DNA from: Myxococcota bacterium
GTDB taxonomy: Bacteria; Myxococcota_A; UBA9160; UBA6930
Reading direction: 5' to 3'
NCBI GenBank assembly: GCA_965223705.1
Contig: OZ245015.1
Location: 3,360,001 to 3,424,000 of the forward strand
DNA length: 64,000 nt
Part shown: positions 27,284 to 36,358 of the stretch, one piece after another
How the letters are laid out: every line of letters begins with the position of its first letter
Numbering within the stretch: position 1 is the first letter of the stretch
Made by a program: the position numbers and the translations under genes
Notes under the pieces: model-generated
Told to the model about the DNA's origin: nothing
Databases searched by the model: none
What the model saw: the letters and a program-made list of their open reading frames with translations, nothing else

Positions 27284-28204
27284 TCAGCCGGCAAAGCGCG
27301 GCTCTGGCACGCCTCGTACGCCCAACCCGTAGATCGCAAAGACCGATCCGGCTTGAAACTGCGGCTTCACTTGCTTCGCGAACCGATCGTGCACGGCCGG
27401 GTGCTTGACGCGTGCCATCGAAGTCACGAACAAGATGTCGAGGTCAGGGCCGCCGAAGATCACACTGGTCACGTTGCGCACGGGCATGCCGATGATGCGG
27501 TCGACCTCACCGTCGGGCGTGTACCGAACCAGCTCTCCGCCGATCACCATCGCGTTCCAGATGCAGCCGTCGGAATCGACGGTTGAACCGTCGTACAAAC
27601 CCGCCATCTCCTTGCTCGAGGCGAAGACCCGACGGTTCGAGACCTCGCCGGTCTCGATCGCATAGTCGTAAGCCCACATCTCCTCGCGGAACGTGTCCGC
27701 GAAGTAGAACGTTTTGTCGTCTGGGCTCCAGCAAGGACCATTCGAGCAAATGATCCCGTTGTCGACCCGGGTCGTCGTGAGATCCGGATCCAGGCGCCAC
27801 AACCCACAGAGGTCGAGCTCCTCCTTGTCGTCCATGCCACCCGCGAAGAAGCGGCCACGTCGATCGACCTTTCCGTCGTTGAGTCGGGTTCGCGGCTCGT
27901 CGGCTTCGATTTTCGTGATTAGCTCGGGTTCACTTCCCGAGTCGAAATCGAAGAAATAGAAACCGTCGTTCATCGCGAGGACAGCGCCGCCCGACTCGCG
28001 TAACACCATGGCCCCCACGTCTTGAGTCGTCCGCCAAGAATCGATCTTTCCGGTCGAGAGTTCGAGGCGCCAGAGCGACGGATTTCCGACGCGGGGTCCC
28101 GTCCCGTCGACCCAGTAGAGTCGGTTCTCGCGGTCGTCCCAAATCGGGCTCTCCCCGAGGTGGTTCTGACACGGGACGAGGGTTTCGATGCGGACGGTCA
28201 CCAC
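27284..28204 (-). CDS. SMP-30/gluconolactonase/LRE family protein
   Basis: LGESPIWD, RLNDGKVD, SNGPCWSPD, DGSTVD and FGGPDL. Confidence 0.92.
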   Translation of the reverse strand: MVTVRIETLVPCQNHLGESPIWDDRENRLYWVDGTGPRVGNPSLWRLELSTGKIDSWRTTQDVGAMVLRESGGAVLAMNDGFYFFDFDSGSEPELITKIEADEPRTRLNDGKVDRRGRFFAGGMDDKEELDLCGLWRLDPDLTTTRVDNGIICSNGPCWSPDDKTFYFADTFREEMWAYDYAIETGEVSNRRVFASSKEMAGLYDGSTVDSDGCIWNAMVIGGELVRYTPDGEVDRIIGMPVRNVTSVIFGGPDLDILFVTSMARVKHPAVHDRFAKQVKPQFQAGSVFAIYGLGVRGVPEPRFAG

Positions 28205-28304
28205 CGACCTCCTCTCTCGGGCTTTTGAGAGCCCGTCCTATACTAGCGGTCGGCACGACGCGACCCACGACCGCGTATACTGTGCCCCCTAAAGGGAGGA
28301 ACCC

Positions 28305-28934
28305 ATGAAACTTCACGATTGTCAGATGGCACCGAACCCCCGCCGCGCCCGGATCTTCCTCGCAGAAAAGGGGATCGATTGCGAGATGGTTGAGCACAGC
28401 ATTCTCGGCGGTGAAACGAACGCCGGCGACTACCTAAAGATCAACCCATGGGGCACCGTACCGGCCCTCGAGCTCGACGACGGCACCGTCATCCGCGAAG
28501 CACCGGCGATCATGCGCTACCTCGAATCCCAACACCCGGAGCCCAATCTGATGGGCAGCGATCCGCGCGAGGCCGCGGAGATCGAAGCTTGGGAGCGATT
28601 CTCCGAGCAGAACGGTATCGGTGCGATCGGCGAGTTCTTTCGCAACCAGACCGATGCGCTCAAGGGGCGCGGGATGCCCGGCCCGACGAGCCTGGAACTG
28701 ATTCCCGGCCTGGTGGAGCGTGGCAAGAAGCGCGCGGGCTGGTTCTATACCGAGCTCGACAAGCGCCTCGGCGAATCGGAATACCTGGGCGCGGGTCGCT
28801 ACACCGCGGCGGATATCACCGCTCAGTGCGCAGTCGACTTCGGCAACGCCGTGGGCATGGGGATACCCGACGCCTGCAAGAACGTCGCGCGCTGGCACGC
28901 GGCGGTGAGTTCGCGACCGAGCGCCGCGAGCTAA
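28305..28934 (+). CDS. Glutathione S-transferase (GTT2-like)
   Basis: APNPRRARIFLAEKGI, INPWGTVPALELDDG and TAADIT. Confidence 0.9.
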   Translation: MKLHDCQMAPNPRRARIFLAEKGIDCEMVEHSILGGETNAGDYLKINPWGTVPALELDDGTVIREAPAIMRYLESQHPEPNLMGSDPREAAEIEAWERFSEQNGIGAIGEFFRNQTDALKGRGMPGPTSLELIPGLVERGKKRAGWFYTELDKRLGESEYLGAGRYTAADITAQCAVDFGNAVGMGIPDACKNVARWHAAVSSRPSAAS

Positions 28935-28939
28935 GCCGC

Positions 28940-31357
28940 CTACGGCTTCCCTCTGCCCGAGAGCTCCCTCGCGGCATCGACGTCGATGCTGCGAAGATGC
29001 AGGTCTCGCTGTGGGAACGGAATCTCGATATCGGCTTCCGTGAGGGCGCGGTTGATCTCCGTGTTGATCCGTGACTGTACGACGTACCAGTCGTCGTAGT
29101 CCGCGATCCAAACGCGAAGTTCGAAATCGAGCGAGCTATCCCCGTGCCCGCGAAACAGCGCCACCGGCGACGGGTAGCTGAGCGATTTTTCTTCGCGTTC
29201 GGCAACGCCCCGGAGAAGCTCGAGGACGCGGTCGGGCTCTGTTCCGTACTTCACGCCAATGGGGATGTCGACCCGACGCGTTTTGTCGGAAAGCGTCCAG
29301 TTCGTCACTTGCTGCGAAATGAGATCCGCATTGGGAACAATGATCTCGGAGCCCTGATACGTTCGAAGGGTGCTCGATCGGATTCCGATACGACGGATGA
29401 CGCCCAGTTGATTCCCCAGGTCGATCGTGTCTCCGACTTGGATCGGACGTTCAAAGAGCAGAATGATTCCGCTCACGAAGTTGTTGACGACATTCTGCAA
29501 GCCGAAACCGATTCCCACGCCGAACGCTCCAGCCAACAAAGCAAACCGGCTCAGGTCGATGCCGGCAGCCGCCACGGCGAGAAGAAAGCCCAGGAACAAG
29601 ATCACGTACTGTGCCGTGGCGCTAACCGCGTGGGGTATCCCCCGTCCGGTCCGTATTCTCGGGAAGACGTCTTCCATCAAGAGGAAGCGCACGACCCGGG
29701 AGAAGACGATGGATGCGGCGATCGTGATCGCGAAAGCCGCCACGTCTCCGAGCGACACCGCGGCCTCACCCCAAGTGACGGATGTCGTCAACGCCGTTCT
29801 GGCCGCGGCGACCACGGGATCTCGGACAGCGAACGACCCCAGGCTCAGGTAGGCCCACAGCAGCGCGCCCGCGATCGAGATCCCTCTGAGGATCCAACCC
29901 ACGGCGACGCCGCGACGGGCGCGCAGGAATTGGAGTTTTTGTGCGCGCGCAGTCCGCGTACCCACATCGACTGCGGTCCACAGAATCTGCACGCCGGCGT
30001 ACACAGCGATCGCGGTATAAACCGTCGCAAGCATGCCCTCTCCGAGCACTTTGCTGAGTGAGAAGTAGCCCAAAACGTTCGCGAGAAACGAGACGGAGAA
30101 GACGACGAGAGCGACGCGGACGGCGGTACCGAGCCAACGCGGGACCGAATTGGCGTCGGGCACCTTCGCCAAACGAGCGGGTCGCAGCAGTAGAATGCAC
30201 AAACACGAAGCCGCCACACACTCGATCGCGAAAATCACGCGGCTCTCGAGCGCGGCACCCTGAAACGCGGCGCGAAGGCGGTCGACGACATAGAACGCGG
30301 CGACGGCGTACAAGACCGGGCGGAATTCGGTGTGCGTGAGACGCGGAAGCAGCACCACGAGCGGCAGTAGCAGAAGCAGACCCACACCATCAAAGAACGC
30401 ACTGGGAGCGAGTGGGAAAATCCAATACGTCAATAGCAGTGCCGCGACGAGTGCGAGCGCCAACGGGTGCTCGAGCGCTTCCGCGGACCGCTCGATTTTC
30501 CCGCCAGCCGCCCGACGCGCCGCAACACTCCGCTTGAGATTACGCGCAGCGAGCCACGCGACCACGAAGAAAAGGGCGACCAAACCGACGTGGCGAGGCC
30601 TCTCCCCGACGAACCCGCGGATCGCGACCCAATTCGTTTTGAGTGCGGTCGCGATGTTCGCGGTCGGTTTCGCGTCGCTGTCGGAAAGCGCCGACCAGAT
30701 CGGCGCACTGTCGGGTTCAAATAGGCGATCGCGAATCGTGGCTCGCGATTCATCGATTGACTCCAAGACCTCAGAAGCGAGAAGTTCCTGCTGGGCAACC
30801 CGGTTCTGCAAACCCAAGACTTCGCCGCGACGCCTCGAGACGACTTCGCGGACGTCCTTGATCTCCTCCTCGGAGCGCGTGATCGCCGCGATGACTTCGT
30901 CGGGCGCGCCCCTTTCGTTTGCGGACGTCAAGCTCGCGGACCAGACCTGGTCGAGCGACCGGAGCTTCTCGACTTCCCGTCCCAGTCGCGCGACCCTCCG
31001 AGTGAGCGTGGTGCGCCACGCTTCGAGTTCGCTGGCCTGCCGCCTCCAATCGCGTTCCAGAGAGTTGAGCTTTGCGAGCGCCGGCCGATGTTTCAGCAAC
31101 GTTTGGGTCTCCACCCGTCGTCGCTCCAGCTCGGAAATAGCCCCCGCGAGAAGATCTTTGACAGCTTCGATCGATACGTCGGGCTCTGCCAAGGCCCGCG
31201 ACCGTCTCAGTAGGCTCGCCGTTTCCTCCGCACGCTCGGCGACTTCCGCAACGGGTATGGGCTGAGGGAGAGAGGGGCCGTCCTCGGCAGGGGCGTCCTC
31301 GCCCAGCGCCGGCAGCGAAAGCAAGAACCAAACAACGGCAAAGAAGGCTTGGCGCAT
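28940..31357 (-). CDS. Large MscS/MscK-family mechanosensitive channel
   Basis: Signal peptide, coiled coil, multiple TMs, GIGFGLQNVVNNFVSG, ERPIQVGD, NWTLSD and IPFPQRDLH. Confidence 0.92.
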   Translation of the reverse strand: MRQAFFAVVWFLLSLPALGEDAPAEDGPSLPQPIPVAEVAERAEETASLLRRSRALAEPDVSIEAVKDLLAGAISELERRRVETQTLLKHRPALAKLNSLERDWRRQASELEAWRTTLTRRVARLGREVEKLRSLDQVWSASLTSANERGAPDEVIAAITRSEEEIKDVREVVSRRRGEVLGLQNRVAQQELLASEVLESIDESRATIRDRLFEPDSAPIWSALSDSDAKPTANIATALKTNWVAIRGFVGERPRHVGLVALFFVVAWLAARNLKRSVAARRAAGGKIERSAEALEHPLALALVAALLLTYWIFPLAPSAFFDGVGLLLLLPLVVLLPRLTHTEFRPVLYAVAAFYVVDRLRAAFQGAALESRVIFAIECVAASCLCILLLRPARLAKVPDANSVPRWLGTAVRVALVVFSVSFLANVLGYFSLSKVLGEGMLATVYTAIAVYAGVQILWTAVDVGTRTARAQKLQFLRARRGVAVGWILRGISIAGALLWAYLSLGSFAVRDPVVAAARTALTTSVTWGEAAVSLGDVAAFAITIAASIVFSRVVRFLLMEDVFPRIRTGRGIPHAVSATAQYVILFLGFLLAVAAAGIDLSRFALLAGAFGVGIGFGLQNVVNNFVSGIILLFERPIQVGDTIDLGNQLGVIRRIGIRSSTLRTYQGSEIIVPNADLISQQVTNWTLSDKTRRVDIPIGVKYGTEPDRVLELLRGVAEREEKSLSYPSPVALFRGHGDSSLDFELRVWIADYDDWYVVQSRINTEINRALTEADIEIPFPQRDLHLRSIDVDAARELSGRGKP

Positions 31358-31432
31358 TTCCCTGTGATCCTAGCCGAGCCGGAACTGGCGGGGGCGGCTA
31401 CGGTCTGCGCGGCGTGCTTCGGGAGAAACTCG

Positions 31433-31816
31433 ATGTCGAAAGTCCATACGCCTAGGAAGATTGCGGCGACTCTCACCGACCTCTGGTCCCCGCAAATTCT
31501 CGCCGAGGTCGATGACGCCTACATCAAGGTCGCCAAAGTCGAAGGCACCCTCGCCTGGCACAGCCACGACGATGAAGACGAGCTCTTCTACGTGCTCAAA
31601 GGGTGCCTCAGGATCGAACTCGAGCACGAAACGGTAGAGCTCGACGAAGGCGACCTCTTCGTGGTCCCGAAAGGCACCCCGCACAACCCGATCGCAGAAT
31701 CCGAATGTCACATCCTGCTGATCGAGCGGAAGACAACCCTTCACACCGGAGGTGTCGTGACAGACAAAACGCGATCGATCGAGGAGCAACTCCGAGGCCG
31801 CCCCCGAGCTCGCTAG
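31433..31816 (+). CDS. Cupin-domain protein
   Basis: WSPQI, WHSHDDEDELFYVLKG and FVVPKGTPHNP. Confidence 0.88.
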   Translation: MSKVHTPRKIAATLTDLWSPQILAEVDDAYIKVAKVEGTLAWHSHDDEDELFYVLKGCLRIELEHETVELDEGDLFVVPKGTPHNPIAESECHILLIERKTTLHTGGVVTDKTRSIEEQLRGRPRAR

Positions 31817-32478
31817 ATATCGATCTCCCGTGCCCGAACGATGAATCGCTGTGGGGCGCTGCCGACCCAGTAAAACGGGTAACACGTAACGAGGGTCAAC
31901 GTAGGCGTGGCCGTGGGATCGAGGACGTGAACGGCTTCCGGTTCGACAACACGGATGAGATCGACGGCAAAGGTCCGCGTCCGCCCGGGTGTCTCGATCG
32001 TAAAGTGGTCTCCCATGCGCACGTGGCGGAGTGCTCGAAAAAAACCATCCCGGTGGCCGGCGATCCCGATGTTGCCCACCGCCGCGGTAAGGGGTGCCGT
32101 TCCCTCGATCCGACCCACGCCTCGATTGAGGGACCACTCCCCGGTCCCTTCGAGGATGAGTGCGTCAATTCGCCCGTCGGCACTCCGTAGAATTCCGCCT
32201 CTGGGCGCCGCGTCGCTGTGGACGAGGGAACGGCGAAAATGACGGATGCGACTCGAAGACCATTCGGTCGTGTCGGCCGCGTAAGCCTTGGCGTCTACGC
32301 GGTCGTCTGACGCGACATCGAGGGGCTTCGCCCAAGCGGTTTGCGACGAGCGAGAGGCCGCTTCGAATCTGGATTTTTCGACAAAACCGACGAGACGAGG
32401 CAGGGCGTAGACAACGATCGCAACCACGGCCGCGGCGCCCGCCGCGATCCACGCGACGCGTTCGACCCGTGAACACAT
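31813..32478 (-). CDS. Sortase (class D-like)
   Basis: N-terminal TM, AGHRDGFF, LTLVTCYPF and a catalytic Arg (APQR). GGAGGT RBS. Confidence 0.9.
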   Translation of the reverse strand: MCSRVERVAWIAAGAAAVVAIVVYALPRLVGFVEKSRFEAASRSSQTAWAKPLDVASDDRVDAKAYAADTTEWSSSRIRHFRRSLVHSDAAPRGGILRSADGRIDALILEGTGEWSLNRGVGRIEGTAPLTAAVGNIGIAGHRDGFFRALRHVRMGDHFTIETPGRTRTFAVDLIRVVEPEAVHVLDPTATPTLTLVTCYPFYWVGSAPQRFIVRAREIDI

Positions 32479-32512
32479 ACCTCCGACATCGAACCGCATA
32501 GGAGAATGGGAT

Positions 32513-32528
32513 TGCAGTTCCCGTGCCC
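32513..32528 (-). promoter_or_regulatory. Sigma-54-like promoter facing the sortase
   Basis: Minus strand GGGCAC-GGGAA-CTGCA (GG-N10-GC), about 35 nt upstream of the start codon. Confidence 0.5.
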
Positions 32529-32536
32529 AGTCGGTA

Positions 32537-32552
32537 CGGCACACAACTTGCG
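32537..32552 (+). promoter_or_regulatory. Sigma-54-like promoter facing mscS
   Basis: CGGCAC-ACAAC-TTGCG (GG-N10-GC). Confidence 0.55.
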
Positions 32553-32674
32553 TTCCCGAGAGTCGAGAACTGCGATGGCCTCGTTTCTCGGGATGCGCAT
32601 CTCGACGAACTCGTGGAAAACGAGCGGGCCGGAGACGAGAATTTGCTCACTCCGAATGGAATCGCAGAGTAGCC

Positions 32675-33616
32675 GTGGATCAGCTCGACCCAAACAAGCG
32701 TCCGGAGGTCCCGGATCCGGAACCCCTGACCTTCGAGGCGGCCATCGGCCGAATCCTCGAACGGTTCCAAGAATGGGGGCAAGCGTTCATCGAGCTGCTC
32801 CCGAACATCGTTGTTGCCGTGAGTGTCGTGGTGACGTTCGCGCTGATTGGACGTTTCGCCAGCTATCTCGTCCGCAGGGGACTGACGCGTGTCGCGCACA
32901 ACGAACAGCTCGCTGCGCTGACGTCCGCCGCAACTCGCCTGACGTTCCTGGCGGTAGGTGTGTTGATCGGATTGGGCTTGCTCAATCTCGACAAAGCGCT
33001 CACTTCGCTCTTGGCCGGGGTCGGCATCGTCGGGCTCGCTCTGGGCTTCGCTTTCCAAGACATTGCAGCGAATTTCATGTCGGGCTCGATCATGGCCGTT
33101 CGTCAGCCTTTCGAGCTCGGCGACCTCGTCGAAACCCATGGATACCTGGGCACGGTCGAGCGGGTCAGCTTGCGGGCAACCGTGCTCCGCCTGTTCTCAG
33201 GGCAGGAAGTGATCCTTCCGAACAAGGACGTTCTTCAGAATCCGATTACGAACTACTCCCGCACGGGCGAGCGTCGGGTCGACATCGACCTGGGAGTCGC
33301 CTACGACTCCGATCTCGAGCGGGTTCGAGAAGTCGCGGTTTCGGCGATTGAGGGGATCGACTACCGGGACGTCGAGCGAGCACCCGAGTTTTACTACACC
33401 GAGTTCGGAGACAGCGCGGTCGGCCTCTCGGTACGCTTTTGGCTCGATCTAGCTTCCGACCATTCCAATTTTCTCGAAGCACGGTCCCGGGGGATCGAAG
33501 CCGTTCGTCGCGCGTTCGCGGATGCGGAGCTTGAAATACCGTTCCCGATTCGCACGGTCGAGCTCGGTCCGTCCACCGTGCCCGCCATCGAGGCGCTGTC
33601 CCACGGAAACGAGTGA
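32675..33616 (+). CDS. mscS: Small-conductance mechanosensitive channel
   Basis: GLALGFAFQDIAANFMSG, PFELGD, PNK...ITNYS and IPFP. Confidence 0.9.
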   Translation: MDQLDPNKRPEVPDPEPLTFEAAIGRILERFQEWGQAFIELLPNIVVAVSVVVTFALIGRFASYLVRRGLTRVAHNEQLAALTSAATRLTFLAVGVLIGLGLLNLDKALTSLLAGVGIVGLALGFAFQDIAANFMSGSIMAVRQPFELGDLVETHGYLGTVERVSLRATVLRLFSGQEVILPNKDVLQNPITNYSRTGERRVDIDLGVAYDSDLERVREVAVSAIEGIDYRDVERAPEFYYTEFGDSAVGLSVRFWLDLASDHSNFLEARSRGIEAVRRAFADAELEIPFPIRTVELGPSTVPAIEALSHGNE

Positions 33617-33651
33617 TTGGAAACGCGCTCGAGAGAAAGACGTAGAGGCGA

Positions 33652-34056
33652 CTACCTCGACACGGAAAGGTTTGCGGTGCAGCGGACCTCCACGAGCAGC
33701 TCCGGAAAAGCCAAACCCGAGACTTGGAGCAGTGTGCTTGTCACAACGGGGTCACCTCCATAAGCTTCGCGCCGGACTTCCGTTGCGCAGGCGAGCGCCG
33801 CTTCCATGTCGGTGACGAACGTCATCTCGTCTACGACGTTGTCGAAGGCCGCCCCGTATTCCGCGAGCAGCCTTCCGACATTCGCGTAGGCCTGGCGCAT
33901 CTGGGCCGCCATGTCGCCGATACCGACGATCTCGCCGGCCTCATCGTGTGCGATCTGACCCGACAGGTGGAGCGTTTCGCCGACCCGGTTGGCCTGTACG
34001 TAGGGGTAGTCTTCCCAAGGTACGCCGAAGACTCGGGTGTCCTTTTCCAACTTCAT
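33652..34056 (-). CDS. RidA/YjgF family protein
   Basis: YVQANRVGETLHLSGQ, QMRQAYAN and LAFPELLVEV. Confidence 0.88.
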   Translation of the reverse strand: MKLEKDTRVFGVPWEDYPYVQANRVGETLHLSGQIAHDEAGEIVGIGDMAAQMRQAYANVGRLLAEYGAAFDNVVDEMTFVTDMEAALACATEVRREAYGGDPVVTSTLLQVSGLAFPELLVEVRCTANLSVSR

Positions 34057-34721
34057 GTCAACGACGCGAGTGCGGATTGGATATTGCTGACCCAGTCCTC
34101 GACGCTCGGTCGAGCCGACACCTTGTCGTGCCAACGCCGAATCGCCGGGTAGCCGTCCAGGCCCGGAAACTCGCCGAGGATTCCTAGATCGACAGCGCAG
34201 AGCGCCGTGATATCGGCGACCGTAAAGTTGTCGCAGGCGACAAACTCACTCTTTTCGAGCTGGTCCTCCAGCAAATCGTGGAAAGCTCGCATGCCGTTCT
34301 TCCCTCGCTCGACGAGATCGGGAATCTGCGCATCAATCCCTCGGCCGGGGTGCCCCCGGCCCGCGAACACCGGAACCTGGTTGCGGATGAAATCGCGGGC
34401 GGAGAGCATTCCGTCCTGATCGGCGCGGCGTTCCCAGCTTTCGACCAGGGCTTTTTCGACCGTCGTTCTCCCCATCAGCGGCGGATCCGGCTGCACTTCC
34501 TCGAAGTAGCGCCAGATGGCGGCGGCTTCGTCGATCCGCGTCCCGTCGTCGAGTTCGAGAACCGGAACGACCCCGCGCGGATTGATCGCCAGGAAATCGG
34601 GTTTGAGGTTCTCGCCGACAAGGATGTTGATCTCGACTTTCGGGACCTCGATCCCTTTCTCGTCGAGGAGAATCCGGACGCGACGCGGGTTCGGCGCGAT
34701 CAAGCAATCGTAGAGCTTCAT
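34053..34721 (-). CDS. Glutathione S-transferase (GTT2-like)
   Basis: APNPRRVRI, INPRGVVPVLELDDG and TVADIT. Paralog of 28305-28934. Confidence 0.9.
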   Translation of the reverse strand: MKLYDCLIAPNPRRVRILLDEKGIEVPKVEINILVGENLKPDFLAINPRGVVPVLELDDGTRIDEAAAIWRYFEEVQPDPPLMGRTTVEKALVESWERRADQDGMLSARDFIRNQVPVFAGRGHPGRGIDAQIPDLVERGKNGMRAFHDLLEDQLEKSEFVACDNFTVADITALCAVDLGILGEFPGLDGYPAIRRWHDKVSARPSVEDWVSNIQSALASLT

Positions 34722-34728
34722 GGTCTTT

Positions 34729-34842
34729 TCAACTTTCTCTCGGGTAGGCCACGACTGCCGGATCGAAGCATTGGAGCATCTGCTCCACATCCATCGTGGC
34801 GTGAACTTTCTCGGCAAATGCGACGGTTTCTTCGGGTGTCAT
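34729..34842 (-). pseudogene. 37-aa ORF, probable truncated SnoaL-like gene stub
   Basis: GGGAGG RBS followed by MTPEETVAFAEKVHATMDVEQMLQCFDPAVVAYPRES*, filling the gap inside the operon. Confidence 0.45.
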
Positions 34843-34875
34843 GAAACCTCCCTGTCCCGCAAGCCTACCAGACAG

Positions 34876-35865
34876 CTACCGGCGATCGATGTCCCGCGTA
34901 TGCGGGGAGTCCGGCATCGAGCTCGGCCAATCGATCACAGCGCTTCGAATCGACGGGCGCTCGTAGAGGCGCGAGGCGTAGTCTTGAACCCGCGGACGAT
35001 CGGCCCACAGGGATGCGTGGCCCAACCACTCGACGCGGTAGAGACTCACACCCCAGAGACAATCCGCTAGGGTGAACTCACTGCCGACAACCCAAGGGCC
35101 CTGCGACTGCTCGAGTTCGGCGTCGAGCGCGGCGACGATCGTCTCGAACTCCTTGATAATTCCTTCCATCACGGCCGGGTCTTTTTGGATCCTCTTGCCC
35201 GCCATCTCTTTCGCGATCTTCGCGCGGTAGGCACGGACCAACTCGGGATCGTCCCGGTTCTCCTCGATGTGCGTCTCCAAGACAAGCCGCTTGCGGTCAT
35301 AGACGCCGTCCATCGCCTGAATCCAGAAGGACGGCCTCGGATCGTTAGCGTGGAAACCGTAGAGAATCCCCGGGTGTGGGATGCGGTCGTTGATCTCGAT
35401 CTGCCGACGAACGGCGGCGGCGCGATGGGCTTCTTCGGGTATCAGACGCGGCTTCGGAAGCGCCGCTTCGAGATGCTCGAGGATCTGCGCAGAATCGACG
35501 ACCGCACATTCTTGCTCTCGATCGACGAGGAGGGGCACCACGCACGCATCGAAGCCCTCGGTGGTGACTGAAGTTCGCATCGTGTGCGCTTCTGCCAGCC
35601 TGGAGGCCTGCTCGCCCGCTGCGAAGAGGCGAAGCCGAACGTAGCCGGGGCGGTAGTTCTCGGTCGGCTCGAGTTCGTGGGCGAGATAACCGACACCCTT
35701 TTCCGCGAGAGCCGTCCGAACTTTTTGCGAACAGATGGAGAAACCGAAGTGGTAGAGCTCGAACCGGGGTGACTCGTCCAGACAATCGCCGATGGTCGAG
35801 CTGCGACTCGGGTCGCGGAGCTCTGCGCGAGCGGCCGCCGTGAGCGCTTCGAACGTCTGGGTCAT
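34876..35865 (-). CDS. GST resembling tetrachlorohydroquinone reductive dehalogenase PcpC, with an insertion
   Basis: LYHFGFSICSQKVR, ENYRPGYVRL, VVPLLVD, DS and FTLADC. Confidence 0.7.
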   Translation of the reverse strand: MTQTFEALTAAARAELRDPSRSSTIGDCLDESPRFELYHFGFSICSQKVRTALAEKGVGYLAHELEPTENYRPGYVRLRLFAAGEQASRLAEAHTMRTSVTTEGFDACVVPLLVDREQECAVVDSAQILEHLEAALPKPRLIPEEAHRAAAVRRQIEINDRIPHPGILYGFHANDPRPSFWIQAMDGVYDRKRLVLETHIEENRDDPELVRAYRAKIAKEMAGKRIQKDPAVMEGIIKEFETIVAALDAELEQSQGPWVVGSEFTLADCLWGVSLYRVEWLGHASLWADRPRVQDYASRLYERPSIRSAVIDWPSSMPDSPHTRDIDRR

Positions 35866-36344
35866 GGATTCGGCAGCGGGAAGACGAGCTGCGCGGTGAT
35901 TCCGTCGAGCGACTTCTCGCCCTCCCCCGCGATCTCGAGCTCCGCAAAGCGGTAGAGGGATTCCTCGTGAACCACCATGGAATTCGCGAGTTCGCGGTAG
36001 CGAGCCGGAGCCTCGGCGGCGATGGCTCGGTACCGCTCGACGTAGGGAGCCAGACCGTCTCGGAGTGCCTCCATGGCCGCCAGCCACGTCTTCCCCTCGA
36101 AGACATCCCCCAGTTCGTGCCCGGTAGCGCGCGCCGACTCGGTTTCTGCGAGATCGAGACCGAGCTCTGCCATGGGAGGCCGAAGGCGCGCTTTGGTCTC
36201 CGTTTCGAGTTGGAGCATCACACCGATCTTGAAGCGGTGCGTTGGGTCATCGAACTGAGCGAGCATCCGGTTGAAAGCCACCTCGCCGATGACTTCCCCC
36301 TGATAGATTTCGATGAGCCCCTGAGAAAAATTGTCGGATGACAC
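35862..36344 (-). CDS. Conserved hypothetical helical (ferritin-like?) protein
   Basis: YQGEVIGE, QLETET and HEE pattern. Translationally coupled to the downstream GST. Confidence 0.6.
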   Translation of the reverse strand: MSSDNFSQGLIEIYQGEVIGEVAFNRMLAQFDDPTHRFKIGVMLQLETETKARLRPPMAELGLDLAETESARATGHELGDVFEGKTWLAAMEALRDGLAPYVERYRAIAAEAPARYRELANSMVVHEESLYRFAELEIAGEGEKSLDGITAQLVFPLPNP

Positions 36345-36358
36345 GTTTGAGACTCCGG

